A DNA stretch of 64,000 bases from positions 16,306,001 to 16,370,000 of the forward strand of contig NC_043003.1 of the NCBI RefSeq assembly GCF_006345805.1. The letters are read 5' to 3'. Shown here piece by piece: positions 38,652 through 53,028 of the stretch. Below the pieces are notes generated by a model. It saw only the letters and a program-made list of their open reading frames with translations. It had not been told where the DNA came from and did no database searches. Both the position numbers and the translations under genes were made by a program. Position 1 is the stretch's first letter; the number at the start of each line of letters is the position of its first letter. The DNA is from Octopus sinensis. Its lineage: Eukaryota.

Positions 38652-38991
38652 GGCGCATGGCTCAGTGGTTAGAGAGTCGAGCTTACGATCGTGAGGTTGT
38701 GAGCTCGAATCCCGGACCGGGCTGCGTGTTGTGTTCTTGAGCAAAGCACTTTATTTCACGTTGCTCCAGTTCACTCAGCTGTAGATATGAGTTGCGACGT
38801 CACTGGTGCCAAACTGTATCGACCTTTGTCTTTCCCTTGGATAACACTGGTGGCGTGGAGAGGGGAGGCTGGTATGCATGGGCGACTGCTGGTCTTCCAT
38901 AAACAACCTTGCCCAGACTTGTGTCTTGGAGGGTAACTTTCTAGGTGCAATCCCATGGTCATTCATGACCGAAGGGGGGCTTTACCCTTTT
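38652..38991 (+). mobile_element. tRNA-derived CORE-like SINE (family D), present only in unit 3
   Basis: GGCGCATGGCTCAGTGGTTAG head, TGTGTTCTTGAGCAAAGCACTT core; inserted at the start of the (TA)n tract; sister copy at ~60040-60370. Confidence 0.85.
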
Positions 38992-39452
38992 ATATATATA
39001 TATATACATTCTTTCATTTGTTTCAGTCATTTGACTGCGGTTATGCTGGAGCACCGCCTTTAGTCGAACAAATCAGCCCCAGAACTTATTCTTTCTAATC
39101 CTAGTACTTATTCTATCTCTTAGTTACGGAGAAGTAAACACACCAGCATCGGTTGTCAAGCGACGGTGGTGGTGGGGACAAACACAGACACACAAACACA
39201 CACTCACATATATATATGCATATATCCGACAGGCTTCTTTTAGTTTCCGTCTACCAAATCCACTCACAAGGCTTTGGTCGACCCGAGACTATAGTAGAAG
39301 ACACTATATGCCCAAGGTGCCACGTAGTGGAACTGAACCCGCAACCATGTGGGTGGTAAGCAAGATACCACACAGCCACGTCTGCGCCTACATACATACA
39401 TACATACATACATACATACATACATACATGCATGCATGCATGCATGCATGCA

Positions 39453-39484
<32 letters not shown>

Positions 39485-42315
39485 CATACATAATACATAC
39501 ATACATACATACATACATACAACATACATACATACATACATACATACATACATACATACATACATACATACATACATACGTACATACGTACATACATACA
39601 TACATACATACATATGCTAACGATTCTGCCAGCTCACCGCCTTTATTCTTTTCTATACTAGGCACAAGATCCGAAACTTTTGGTCGACCCAGAACGCAAC
39701 AGGTACTTAATTTATCGACCCCGGAAGGATGAAAGGCAAAGTCGACTTCGGCGAAATTTGAACTCAGAACGTAAAAACAGACGAAATACCGATAAGCATT
39801 TCGTCCGGCGTACTAACGGTTCTGCCAGCTCGCCACCATAGCAGCAACATATAATTTAAAATGATGCTAAGAGTATGCTAAATATTGCACGATACCTGGG
39901 AACAACAGACAGGATGATTTTGAATGGTGCACTTTTGATAATAAGACTACTCAACGAAGGGCTATCTGTGGTTAAACAACACCAATAACAAAAGCAACAT
40001 CATTCATTTATGGGATTAAATATTTGGGTGATTATATCCCAATAAAATGGTGACTTCGACGTTGCCAGATAACATCTTTGGTTGTCTAATCAATAAACAA
40101 ATTATTATATAACTAGCTGGCCCCGTGCCGTCAAAAATGACGGATAATTGTAGTATTCTATATGTAAATATGGATGGTAAATCAAATTAATACACTCGTC
40201 AATGTTCACATACATTCAGATACACACATATACTCACACAGAGCTGAAACGCCGTTTGGTTTTTCTTTCCAGCGTTGAATGTCCACCATCCCACAAGTTT
40301 GCCATCATCCCTCCCTTCCCTTATTTATATGCTGTGACGGAGAAAAACGCAAGAGTATTATTATACTAGATTCTGTCTACTGTAGGCAGAAAGTCGGTTT
40401 TATCGATCCCAGTGCGTTTCTGGTATATATTTTATAGACCACGGGAAAGTGGAAGTCAAATTCAACTTCGGTAGCATTTGAACTCAGAACGTAAAGAACC
40501 TGAAGAGATGCTGCTAAACATTTTGTCCGACGTGCTAACGATTCTGCCATGTCGCCGCCTTTAACAAATTGGTTTCAAGTTTTGGCACAAGGCCAGCAAA
40601 TTTCGGGGGAGGGGTAAGTCGATTATGTCGACCCCAGTGTTTCACTAGTACTTGATTTATCGGCCCCGAAAGGATGAAAGACAAACTCAATCTCGGCAGT
40701 ATTTGAACTCAAGATTACGTGAACAATGTTTTCGAATAATTGTTCGAAAACAATTATTCGAAAACCATTTATTCGAATGGAGAATTGTATGAATTAAAAT
40801 TATTCAAAAGGGCAATTATACGAAATGCAGTGGGACTGAACCCGGAACCATGTGGTTCGTAAGCAATTTCTTACGAACTCTTATTATATAGTAACTGCGA
40901 GTTAGCAGAATCGTTAGCGCGTCGGACAAAATGCTTAGTTGTGTTTCTTCCGGATCTTTACGTTCTGAGCTCCGTTTCATGAAAATTATTCGAAAACAAT
41001 TATTGGAAAAACAGTTATTCGAAATAAATACCATTCGTGTACTTCAGTTTTAGTTTTATCATTTTGATTTAAATAAAATTAATAACGTATCTCCTTTACT
41101 TGTTTCAGTCATTTAACTGCGGTTATGCTGGAGCACCGCCTTTTAGTCGAGCAACTCGACCCCGGGACTTATTCTTTTTGTAAGCCCAGTACTTATTCTA
41201 TCGGTCTCTTTTTGCCGAACCGCTAAGTTACGGGAACGTAAACACACCAGCATCGGTTGTCAAGCAATGCTAGGGGAACAAAGACAGACCCCAAACACAC
41301 ACAAAAACATATATATATATTTACATATATACGACAGGCTTCTTTCAGTTTCCGTCTACCAAATCCACTCACAAGGCATTGGTCGGCCCGGGGCTATAGC
41401 AGGAGACATTTGCCCAAGATGCCACGCAGTGGGACTGAACCCAGAACCATGTGGTTGGTTAGCAAGCTACTTACCACACAGCCACTCCTGCGCCTATTAT
41501 ATAAACCCCAAAAGGATGAAAAGCAGGCTTGACTTTGAGCTCAGAACGTAGAGTCAGAATAAATGTCGCGAGTTATCTTGCCCCGAGCGATTCCGCCGGC
41601 TCGCAACCTTTTAAATTTAGTATTAACTATAAACTTCCATTTCACGAATTAACAAAGGAGCGTCAACGTAGTTGCCAGACCTGCTAGAAATAGCAGCCGT
41701 ATATACTTTTCTACTCTAGGTACAAGGCCCGAAATTTTGGGGTCGGGGGCCAGTCGATTAGATCGACTCCAGTACACAACTGGTACTTATTTAATCGACC
41801 CCGAAAGGATGAAAGGCAAAGTCGACCTCGGCGGAATTTGAACTCAGAACGTGATGGTCCGAGAAGAGGGGAAGAAGGAGGGAACCCACCGGCTGTTGCA
41901 GGCGGCACTCACTCTTGCTAAGTCACTGAGGAGATTTAATGTTTTAGATAGGAAAAAAAAGAAGAAAGCTAAACAAAACAAAACAAAATTTAATTTCCAC
42001 TCATAAATCCACACCAGTTGTTTTACGTAAATATGACATGCGCCCAGACGCATTTAAAGATTGATTGCTTTTCATCGAAGACGTCTCAAGCTGAGGTTTT
42101 TTGCGACGCCATAACCGATATGCCGTTCAACTATGTAGCATTTTCTGACCTACAACGAGTGAATTGTTCAAGGGTTTGAGCGTTTTCTCCGTACAATGTC
42201 TATATTTGCTGTCATGTTTTAGAATATTTCTAAAAAATAATATCTCGAATACTTGAGATATTATATTATATATGACACACAACATGAGTAAGTAATAAGT
42301 GTGGCCGATCAATCC

Positions 42316-42397
<82 letters not shown>

Positions 42398-42671
42398 TTC
42401 CTTTCCCTTTTTTTCCTCACCCCCCTTGTTTAAAGTTTATTTCATCCCCCCCTTTTTTGTCCTTTTTCTTTCCATTTACGATCCCTTTTGATAGAAAACC
42501 AAACCCCCTTCTTTTACCCCCAAAAGAAAAGCTCTACCTTGTAATTTTGTCATGTCTGTGTGCAGCCCTGTGTGGCTAATAAAGAAACATATCTATCTAT
42601 CTATCTTATCTTTACAGGCAAAGGTTGACAGTGGGCCATCTACCTGTCTATCAGTCTATAATTCTGTATAT

Positions 42672-42703
<32 letters not shown>

Positions 42704-42854
42704 CATATATATCAAATGTGAGAATAAAATTCTTTTCCCAAAAAAAATATTTTCTCCAAAAATCCTTATCAATGTCCAGCATATTAAAAAATACCTTAAC
42801 GGTGAAATTTATAAAATTCATAATGAGGGCAAAGGAAAAAAATTCTAATGCCAA

Positions 42855-44790
42855 CCCTGACGGGAGGCAGTGGAATCGCTTCTTGACTTCATGGATGACT
42901 TCTTCTTGTCCCAACTGTTACTCGAACCACGAGATGTCACAAAAACTCTTAGACTTAATTTTCAGCAATCACACTGATACTATCCACAATGTTGCAGTGG
43001 AGAACCTACTCTCCGACCATGACATGGTTCTTTGTGATCTGAGTTTTCACTGCCAAAATGCAAAACAAATGTCATCCCTCCTGTTCATCTATTTGACACT
43101 ATGGATTTCCACAATGCAAACTGGGAAGCGATCAATATGATCTTGCACAAGTCGATTGGTCCTTCACGCACACATACAACACCCACTAACATCAAAAAGT
43201 CCTGGCAGTCACTTGTAGACACCATCACGAACATATGTGCAAGACACACCCCATTAATAATCTGCAAACAAATCTAAGTGTCGAATCCCTAGAAATAGAA
43301 AATCTCTCATAAGGAAAATTAAAAGAATCAACAAAAAGATCAACATGCTGAAATACTGTCACACGCAACACCCACCTGACTGCCATCCGTCGCTAGAGAT
43401 TAAAAAACATAAACTCCAAAACAACATGATGTCTATCATCAATAGTCAGCGAAGAGCTGAAGAGGCCTGGGCCATTGAGAAGATCAAACTCAATCCCAAA
43501 GTGTTCTTTTCATTTGCAAAAAAACACAGAGTCACTGGTTCTACTGTTGGCCCTCTGATTGATGAAAATGGTACTCTTCAAGACAATGCCAAAAAAACCA
43601 TGGGAGAGATATTGCAGAACAATATTGCTCTGTTTTCAGCAATCCTGATATGACTGATCTGGGCTGTATCAGTGATGTTACTCCCCAATACACTTTATCG
43701 GACATAACATTTGGCGCTCCTGATGTCTTAGCAGCAATAAAGAAATGAAGCATAATTCAGCAGTAGGTCCCGATAGGTTCCCCCCTGCTGTGTCTTGAAG
43801 ATGTGTCAAAACCAACTTGCACCCCCCTCTAGCCAATCTGTGGCGGAACTCACTGGATGCTGGATATATACCAGAAGACCTTCTATCCCAGTCTGTTGTC
43901 CCAGTTTTCAAAAAAGGAAACAGATCGCTTGCCGTGAATTACCGTCCAATCTCACTCACCTCTCATATCATCAAGGTATTTGAGAGGGTGCTGAGATCGC
44001 GTATGACTCACTTCCTTGAGAGTCATAATATGCTGAACCCCATCCAGCATGGATTCCGTAATGGGAGAGATTGCCTGACGCAGCTACTGCATCATTTTGA
44101 TGATTTTGAGAGCCTTGGGAGAGGTTCCAACACTGATGTCATCTACCTTGATTTCAGCAAGGCCTTTGACAGGGTTGATCATAAGATCCTTCTGAGAAAG
44201 CTGTCCATATTGGTGTCATGCTGGAACTGCTGCAATGGATCAAGTGCTTCCTGTCAAAGTTGACATGGCCCGCAGAATGTGTTCCTGGATTCTCAGAACC
44301 TTCCAGTCGAGAGATTCCCACGCTATTATCCTTCTCTTCTCCACTATTGCCCGACCCCACCTTGAATACTGCTGTCCACTGTGGTCTCCCTACACTAAAC
44401 AAAATATTATGAGAATTGAAGCTCCCCAAAGGTCAATCACAAAAAAGATAGATGGCATGTCAGACCTTGACTACTGGGGTAGACTAGAGAAGCTGAAACT
44501 GTATTCACTCCAACGACGCCGTGAACGCTACATTATCTGTATGATGTGGAAAATATTCCATCAGCACTGTCCGAATGATGTTGGCATCACCTTCAAAATG
44601 TCTTTGGACAAATTCCTTCAAACAGTACCGGACAAACCACCCACACCCGGATATGTCTCCGCAAACAATAACTCTCTGCTCGAATGGGCCTTGGTGCCCA
44701 AATCCTGAACTGAAAGACTTCGCCAGATGGTGCTATTAAGTTAGACATGGCCTGGGCCAATACTGGCCAAAAACCTTTCTAAGTTATTCT
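42855..44790 (+). mobile_element. Second copy of the same LINE insertion in unit 4, with two internal deletions and many frameshifts
   Basis: Same 5-prime and 3-prime junctions as unit 3; lacks unit-3 positions 37320-37746 and 38092-38253. Confidence 0.93.
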
Positions 44791-44894
44791 AAATATGCCG
44801 ATAAATGACATATTGTCCATTAACCATATAATTTTTCACAATACGCCCGCTACTCTCGAAAAGGCCGACAGAAATTTCTAAAAATTTCCATTAT

Positions 44895-44951
44895 TACCAT
44901 ATCGGACCGATTTCAAGTTAGCTACTAAGAGCCCTCTCTTCGTCAGTGATA
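44895..44951 (-). ncRNA. Type I hammerhead ribozyme motif, unit 4, with a 1-nt deletion in stem II
   Basis: Core intact; CUCU strand reads CUU. Confidence 0.6.
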
Positions 44952-45024
44952 CATGTGGCAAAAGAAATAATGAGATACTTACTCATACCCGATATATATA
45001 TATATATATATATCTTTATATATA

Positions 45025-45080
<56 letters not shown>

Positions 45081-45472
45081 CATTCTTTTATTGTTTCAGT
45101 CATTTGACTGCGGTTATGCTGGAGCACCGCCTTTAGTCGAACAAATCAGCCCCAGAACTTATTCTTTCTAATCCTAGTACTTATTCTATCTCTAAGTTGG
45201 GAGAAGTAAACACACCAGCATCGGTTGTCAAGCGACGGTGGTGGTGGGGACAAACACAGACACACAAACACACTCACATATATATATATACATATATCCG
45301 ACAGGCTTCTTTTAGTTTCCGTCTAACAAATCCACTCACAAGGCTTTGGTCGACCCGAGACTATAGTAGAAGACACTATATGTCCAAGGTGCCACGTAGT
45401 GGAACTGAACCCGGGACCATGTGGGTGGTAAGCAAGATACCACACAGCCACGTCTGCGCCTACATACATACA

Positions 45473-45506
<34 letters not shown>

Positions 45507-45548
45507 CATGCATGCATGCATGCATGCATACATACATACATACATACA

Positions 45549-45579
<31 letters not shown>

Positions 45580-48260
45580 GCTAACGATTCTGCCAGCTCA
45601 CCGCCTTTATTCTTTTCTATACTAGGCACAAGATCCGAAACTTTTGGTCGACCCAGAACGCAACAGGTACTTAATTTATCGACCCCGGAAGGATGAAAGG
45701 CAAAGTCGACTTCGGCGAAATTTGAACTCAGAACGTAAAAACAGACGAAATACCGATAAGCATTTCGTCCGGCGTACTAACGGTTCTGCCAGCTCGCCGC
45801 CATAGCAGCAACATATAATTTAAAATGATGCTAAGAGTACGCTAAATATTGCACGATACCTGGGAACAACAGACAGGATGATTTTGAATGGTGCACTTTT
45901 GATAATAAGACTACTCAACGAAGGGCTATCTGTGGTTAAACAACACCAATAACAAAAGCAACATCATTCATTTATGGGATTAAATATTGGGTGATTATAT
46001 CCAATAAACTGGTGACTTCGACGTTGCCAGATAACATCTTTGGTTGTCTAATCAATAAACAAATTATTATATATAACTAGCTGGCCCCGTGCCGTCAAAA
46101 ATGACGGATAATTGTAGTATTCTATATGTAATATGGATGGTAAATCAAATTACACTCGTCATGTTCACATACATTTAGATACACACATATACTCACACAG
46201 AGCTGAAACGCCGTTTGATTTTTCTTTCCAGCGTTGAATGTCCACCATCCCACAAGTTTGCCATCATCCCTTCCTTCCTTATTTATATGCTGTGACGGAG
46301 AAAAACGCAAGAGTATTATTATACTAGATTCTGTCTACTGTAGGCAGAAAGTCGGTTTTATCGATCCCAGTGCGTTTCTGGTATATATTTTATAGACCAC
46401 GGGAAAGTGGAAGTCAAATTCAACTTCGGTAGCATTTGAACTCAGAACGTAAAGAACCTGAAGAGATGCTGCTAAACATTTTGTCCGACGTGCTAACGAT
46501 TCTGCCATGTCGCCGCCTTTAACAAATTGGTTTCAAGTTTTGGCACAAGGCCAGCAAATTTCGGGGGAGGGGTAAGTCGATTATGTCGACCCCATGTTTC
46601 ACTAGTACTTGATTTATCGGCCCCGAAAGGATGAAAGACAAACTCAATCTCGGCGGTATTTGAACTCAAGATTACGTGAACAATGTTTTCGAATAATTGT
46701 TCGAAAACAATTATTCGAAAACCATTTATTCGAATGGAGAATTGTATGAATTAAAATTATTCAAAAGGGCAATTATACGAAATGCAGTGGGACTGAACCC
46801 GGAACCATGTGGTTCGTAAGCAATTTCTTACGAACTCTTATTATATAGTAACTGCGAGTTAGCAGAATCGTTAGCGCGTCGGACAAAATGCTTAGTTGTG
46901 TTTTTCTTCCGGATCTTTACGTTCTGAGCTCCGTTTCATGAAAATTATTCGAAAACAATTATTGGAAAAACAGTTATTCGAAATAAATACCATTCGTGTA
47001 CTTCAGTTTTAGTTTTATCATTTTGATTTAAATAAAATTAATAACGTATCTCCTTTACTTGTTTCAGTCATTTGACTGCGGCAATGCTGGAGCACCGCCT
47101 TTTAGTCGAGCAACTCGACCCCGGGACTTATTCTTTTTGTAAGCCCAGTACTTATTCTATCGGTCTCTTTTTGCCGAACCGCTAAGTTACGGGGACGTAA
47201 ACACACCAGCATCGGTTGTCAAGCAATGCTAGGGGAACAAAGACAGACCCCAAACACACACACAAACATATATATATATTTACATATATACGACAGGCTT
47301 CTTTCAGTTTCCGTCTACCAAATCCACTCACAAGGCATTGGTCGGCCCGGGGCTATAGCAGAAGACACTTGCCCAAGATGTCACGCAGTGGCACTGAACT
47401 AAGAACCATGTGGTTGGTTAGCAAGCTACTTACCACACAGCCACTCCTGCGCCTATTATATAAACCCCAAAAGGATGAAAAGCAAGCTTGACTTTGAGCT
47501 GAGAACGTAGAGTCAGAATAAATGTCGCGAGTTATCTTGCCCCGAGCGATTCCGCCGGCTCGCAACCTTTTAAATTTAGTATTAACTATAAACTTCCATT
47601 TCACGAATTAATAAAGGAGCGTCAACGTAGTTGCCAGACCTGCTAGAAATAGCAGCCGTATATACTTTTCTACTCTAGGTACAAGGCCCGAAATTTTGGG
47701 GGCGGGGGCCAGTCGATTAGATCGACTCCAGTACACAACTGGTACTTATTTAATCGACCCCGAAAGGATGAAAGGCAAAGTCGACCTCGGCGGTATTTGA
47801 ACTCAGAACGTGGTGGTCCGAGAAGAGGGGAAGAAGGAGGGAACCCACCGGCTGTTGCAGGCGGCACTCACACTTGCTAAGTCACTGAGAAGATTTAATG
47901 TTTTAGATAGGAAAAAAAGAAAGCTAACAAAACAAAACAAATTTAATTTCCACTCATAAATCCACACCTGTTGTTTTACGTAAATATGACATGCGCCCAG
48001 ACGCATTTAAAGATTGATTGCTTTTCATCGAAGACGTCTCAAGCTGTGATTTTTTGCGACGCCATAACCGATATGCCGTTCAACTATGTAGCATTTTCTG
48101 ACCTACAACGAGTGAATTGTTCAAGGGTTTGAGCGTTTTCTCCGTAAAATGTCTATATTTGCTGTCATGTTTTAGAATATTTCTAAAAAATAATATCTCG
48201 AATACTTGAGATATTATATTATATATGACACACAACATGAGTAAGTAATAAGTGTGGCCG

Positions 48261-48306
<46 letters not shown>

Positions 48307-48572
48307 TTTCCTTTCCCTTTTTTTCCTCACACCCCTTGTTTAAAGTTTATTTTATCCCCCTTCTTTCTTTGTCCTCTTTCTTTCCATTTACGATCCCTTT
48401 TGATAGACAACCAAACCCCCTTCTTTCACCCTCAAAAGAAAAGCTCTACCTTGTAATTTTGTCATGTCTGTGTGCAGCCCTGTGTGGCTAATAAAGAAAC
48501 ATATCTATCTATCTATCTTATCTTTACAGGCAAAGGTTGACAGTGGGCCATCTACCTGTCTATCAGTCTATA

Positions 48573-48616
<44 letters not shown>

Positions 48617-48870
48617 TATCAAATGTGAGGATAAAATTGTTTTCGAAAAAAAATATTTTCTCGAAAAAATCTTTATCAATGTCCAGCATATTAAAAAATA
48701 CCTTTAACGGTTAAATTTATAAACAATTCATAAATGAGGGCAAAGGAAAAAAATTCTAATGCCAAATATGCCGAAAAATTGGACATATTGTCCATTAACC
48801 ATATAATTTTTTTACAATACGCCCGCTACTCGAAAAAAGGCCGACCGAAATTTCTAAAAATTTCCATTAT

Positions 48871-48928
48871 TACCATATCGGCCCGATTTCAGAGTTAGCT
48901 ACTAAGAGCCCTCTCTTCGTCAGTGATA
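48871..48928 (-). ncRNA. Type I hammerhead ribozyme motif, unit 5
   Basis: Identical to the unit 1 motif. Confidence 0.75.
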
Positions 48929-51696
48929 CATGTGGCAAAAGAAATAAATGAGATACTTACTCATAGCCGATATATATATATATATATATATATACATTCT
49001 TTCATTTGTTTCAGTCATTTGACTGCGGTTATGCTGGAGCACCGCCTTTAGTCGAACAAATCAGCCCCAGAACTTATTCTTTCTAATCCTAGTACTTATT
49101 CTATCTCTAAGTTACGGAGAAGTAAACACACCAGCATCGGTTGTCAAGCGACGGTGGTGGTGGGGACAAACACAGACACACAAACACACACTCACATATA
49201 TATATACATATATCCGACAGGCTTCTTTTAGTTTCCGTCTACCAAATCCACTCACAAGGCTTTGGTCGACCCGAGACTATAGTAGAAGACACTATATACC
49301 CAAGGTGCCACGTAGTGGAACTGAACCCGGAACCATGTGGGTGGTAAGCAAGATACCACACAGCCACGTCTGCGCCTACACACATACATGCATGCATGCA
49401 TGCATACATACATACATACATACATACGTACATACATACATACATACATACATATGCTAACGATTCTTCCAGCTCACCGCCTTTATTCTTTTCTATACTA
49501 GGCACAAGATCCGAAACTTTTGGTCGACCCAGAACGCAACAGGTACTTAATTTATCGACCCCGGAAGGATGAAAGGCAAAGTCGACTTCGGCGAAATTTG
49601 AACTCAGAACGTAAAAACAGACGAAATACCGATAAGCATTTCGTCCGGCGTACTAACGGTTCTGCCAGCTCGCCGCCATAGCAGCAACATATAATTTAAA
49701 ATGATGCTAAGCGTATGCTAAATATTGCACGATACCTGGGAACAACAGACAGGATGATTTTGAATGGTGCACTTTTGATAATAAGACTACTCAACGAAGG
49801 GCTATCTGTGGTTAAACAACACCAATAACAAAAGCAACATCATTCATTTATGGGATTAAATATTTTGGTGATTATATCCCAATAAACTGGTGACTTCGAC
49901 GTTGCCAGATAACATCTTTGGTTGTCTAATCAATAAACAAATTATTATATAACTAGCTGGCCCCGTGCCGTCAAAATTGACGGATAATTGTAGTATTCTA
50001 TATGTAAATATGGATGGTAAATCAAATTAATACACTCGTCAATGTTCACATATTCAGATACACACATATACTCACACAGAGCTGAAACGCCGTTTGATTT
50101 TTCTTTCCAGCGTTGAATGTCCACCATCCCACAAGTTTGCCATCATCCCTTCCTTCCTTATTTATATGCTGTGACGGAGAAAAACGCAAGAGTATTATTA
50201 TACTAGATTCTGTCTACTGTAGGCAGAAAGTCGGTTTTGTCGATCCCAGTGCGTTTCTGGTATATATTTTATAGACCACGGGAAAGTGGAAGTCAAATTC
50301 AACTTTGGTAGCATTTGAACTCAGAACGTAAAGAACCTGAAGGGATGCTGCTAAACATTTTGTCCGACGTGCTAACGATTCTGCCATGTCGCCGCCTTTA
50401 ACAAATTGGTTTCAAGTTTTGGCACAAGGCCAGCAAATTTCGGGGGAGGGGTAAGTCGATTATGTCGACCCCAGTTTTTCACTAGTACTTGATTTATCGG
50501 CCCCGAAGGATGAAAGACAAACTCAATCTCGGCAGTATTTGAACTCAAGATTACGTGAACAATGTTTTCGAATAATTGTTCGAAAACAATTATTCGAAAA
50601 CCATTTATTCGAATGGAGAATTGTATGAATTAAAATTATTCAAAAGGGCAATTATACGAAATGCAGTGGGACTGAACCCGGAACCATGTGGTTCGTAAGC
50701 AATTTCTTACGAACTCTTATTATATAGTAACTGCGAGTTAGCAGAATCGTTAGCGCGTCGGACAAAATGCTTAGTTGTGTTTCTTCCGGATCTTTACGTT
50801 CTGAGCTCCGTTTCATGAAAATTATTCGAAAACAATTATGGGGAAAAACAGTTATTCGAAATAAATACCATTCGTGTACTTCAGTTTTAGTTTTATCATT
50901 TTGATTTAAATAAAATTAATAACGTATCTCCTTTACTTGTTTCAGTCATTTGACTGCGGCAATGCTGGAGCACCGCCTTTTAGTCGAGCAACTCGACCCC
51001 GGGACTTATTCTTTTTGTAAGCCCAGTACTTATTCTATCGGTCTCTTTTTGCCGAACCGCTAAGTTACGGGGACGTAAACACACCAGCATCGGTTGTCAA
51101 GCAATGCTAGGGGAACAAAGACAGACCCCAAACACACACACAACATATATATATTTACATATATACGACAGGCTTCTTTCAGTTTCCGTCTACCAAATCC
51201 ACTCACAAGGCATTGGTCGGCCCGGGGCTATAGCAGAAGACACTTGCCCAAGATGCCACGCAGTGGGACTGAACCCAGAACCATGTGGTTGGTTAGCAAG
51301 CTACTTACCACACAGCCACTCCTGCGCCTATATGTCAGATTGTTGCACAAGTCCTAGCTGTTTTGATAAGGGAAATGGGAAAGGCTTGAAATGATTTCCT
51401 GGGCATTTTCTTGTACCAAAGAGCACTTTTTCGATAGACAACACGTTGATCTCATAAGTGTTGCGTGGTGGAAATAAACGCAATTATCAAACTTTCAATT
51501 CATTATTTCGTTTTTTTTAATTTTTTTTGCATTTCAATTTGTACATCTGTACTCCCGACTGTGTACAAGAGCATATGTAAAACAATGCCCTTTATTTTTT
51601 AATCATTATCTGCCGATATCAAAATAAGTTTTGTCTGTTCCTTCTCGAGTCACGCCTGGCTCATTAGGGCCGGTATATCAGCCGAAACTGATATTA

Positions 51697-51971
51697 GGCG
51701 GCAAGGTGGCACAGGCGGCAAGGTGACACAGGCGGCAAGGTGGCACAGGCGGCAAGGTGGCAGAATCGTTAGCACGCCGAGCGAAATGCGTAGCCGTATT
51801 TCGTCTGCCGTTACGTTTTGAGTTCAAATTCCGCCGAGGTCGACTTTGCCTTTCATCCTTTCGGGGTCGATGAAATAAGTACCAGTTACGCACTGGGGTC
51901 GATATAATCGACTTAGTCCGTTTGACTGTCCTTGTTTGTCCCCTCTGTGTTTAGCCCCTTGTAAAGAAATA
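51697..51971 (+). mobile_element. Family B SINE with a four-fold 17-bp head stutter
   Basis: GGCGGCAAGGTGGCACA x4; flanking direct repeat GGTATATCAGCCGAAAC at 51672-51688 and 51972-51988. Confidence 0.82.
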
Positions 51972-52655
51972 GGTATATCAGCCGAAACGTTGTGTTAACA
52001 ACAAACATGATGAGGACAAATATCCGTCAAACGTAAATAATGTAAATAATGTATCTTACTATTCAGGCACGCCTGCACCTATAAACATTCCCGCTTACAC
52101 CTATGGTTAAAATAATTGAAAATCTCTTTTTCTGTATACAATGTAATCATTATTGTATTATTTAATTTGTCATTAGGGTGGAAAGTTGATAGACTCATTA
52201 GCACGCTGGATTAAATGCTTAGCGGTGTTTCTTCAGAGTTCAGGTTCTGAATTCAAATTTCGTTACGGTCGACTTTGCGTCTCCTCCTTTCGGGGTCGAT
52301 AAAATAAGTACCAGCTGAACACAGGGATCGATGTAATCGACTAGTTCACCAATATTTCAGATCTCGTGCCTATAGTAGAAAGCGTACTTCCATATATCGT
52401 GAGATAGTTCTGAGGCTTTAAAGTAAGGGGAAAAATTGGCTGAATCATTAGCACGCCGGACAAAAGACTTAGCAACGTTTCGTCAGTCTTTTTGTTCTGA
52501 GTTCAATTCCCACCATAGTCGACTTCGATTTTCCTCCATTCGGGGTCAATAAAATAAATACCAATGGAGCACTGGGTCGGTGTCATCGACTTCCTCTCCC
52601 CCTAAATTGCTGGCCTTGTGCCATAATTTGAAACCAGTATTATTTTTATCACATA

Positions 52656-53028
52656 CTAGCAGTATCGCCCGGCGTTGCTCGGGTTTGTTTCGACCCTTTA
52701 GAATTGAAATTTTTGAAAAGTAAAAATTTTGCATTATGTATTATGTTATTCTCTTTAAGTGAACATTTTTCTGGCTGAAATACACCGAAAAATGGCGACA
52801 CAGCAGTAAAAAAATCGTAAAAAATAGGAATTTTCATAGAAAAAAAGCACCTTTTTGATGTAAATAATTTTTGGTGTTAACATGGTCCAATTTGAATTTT
52901 ATCTTCTACGGAAGGAACAGCAAGCCTTCTTCTATCATACTCTCAATTTTGGTCAACTCTCGGAGGAGATAGTGTTAGTTGAAGGCTACCAAACCTGCCA
53001 TACACAGACAACTTTATATATATATAGA
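52656..53028 (-). mobile_element. Non-autonomous Helitron sharing only its 3-prime terminus with 10177-10652
   Basis: CTAGCAGTATCGCCCGGCGTTGCTCGGGTTTGT end identical to the 22852 copy; different body; TCTATATATA-type 5-prime end. Confidence 0.7.
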
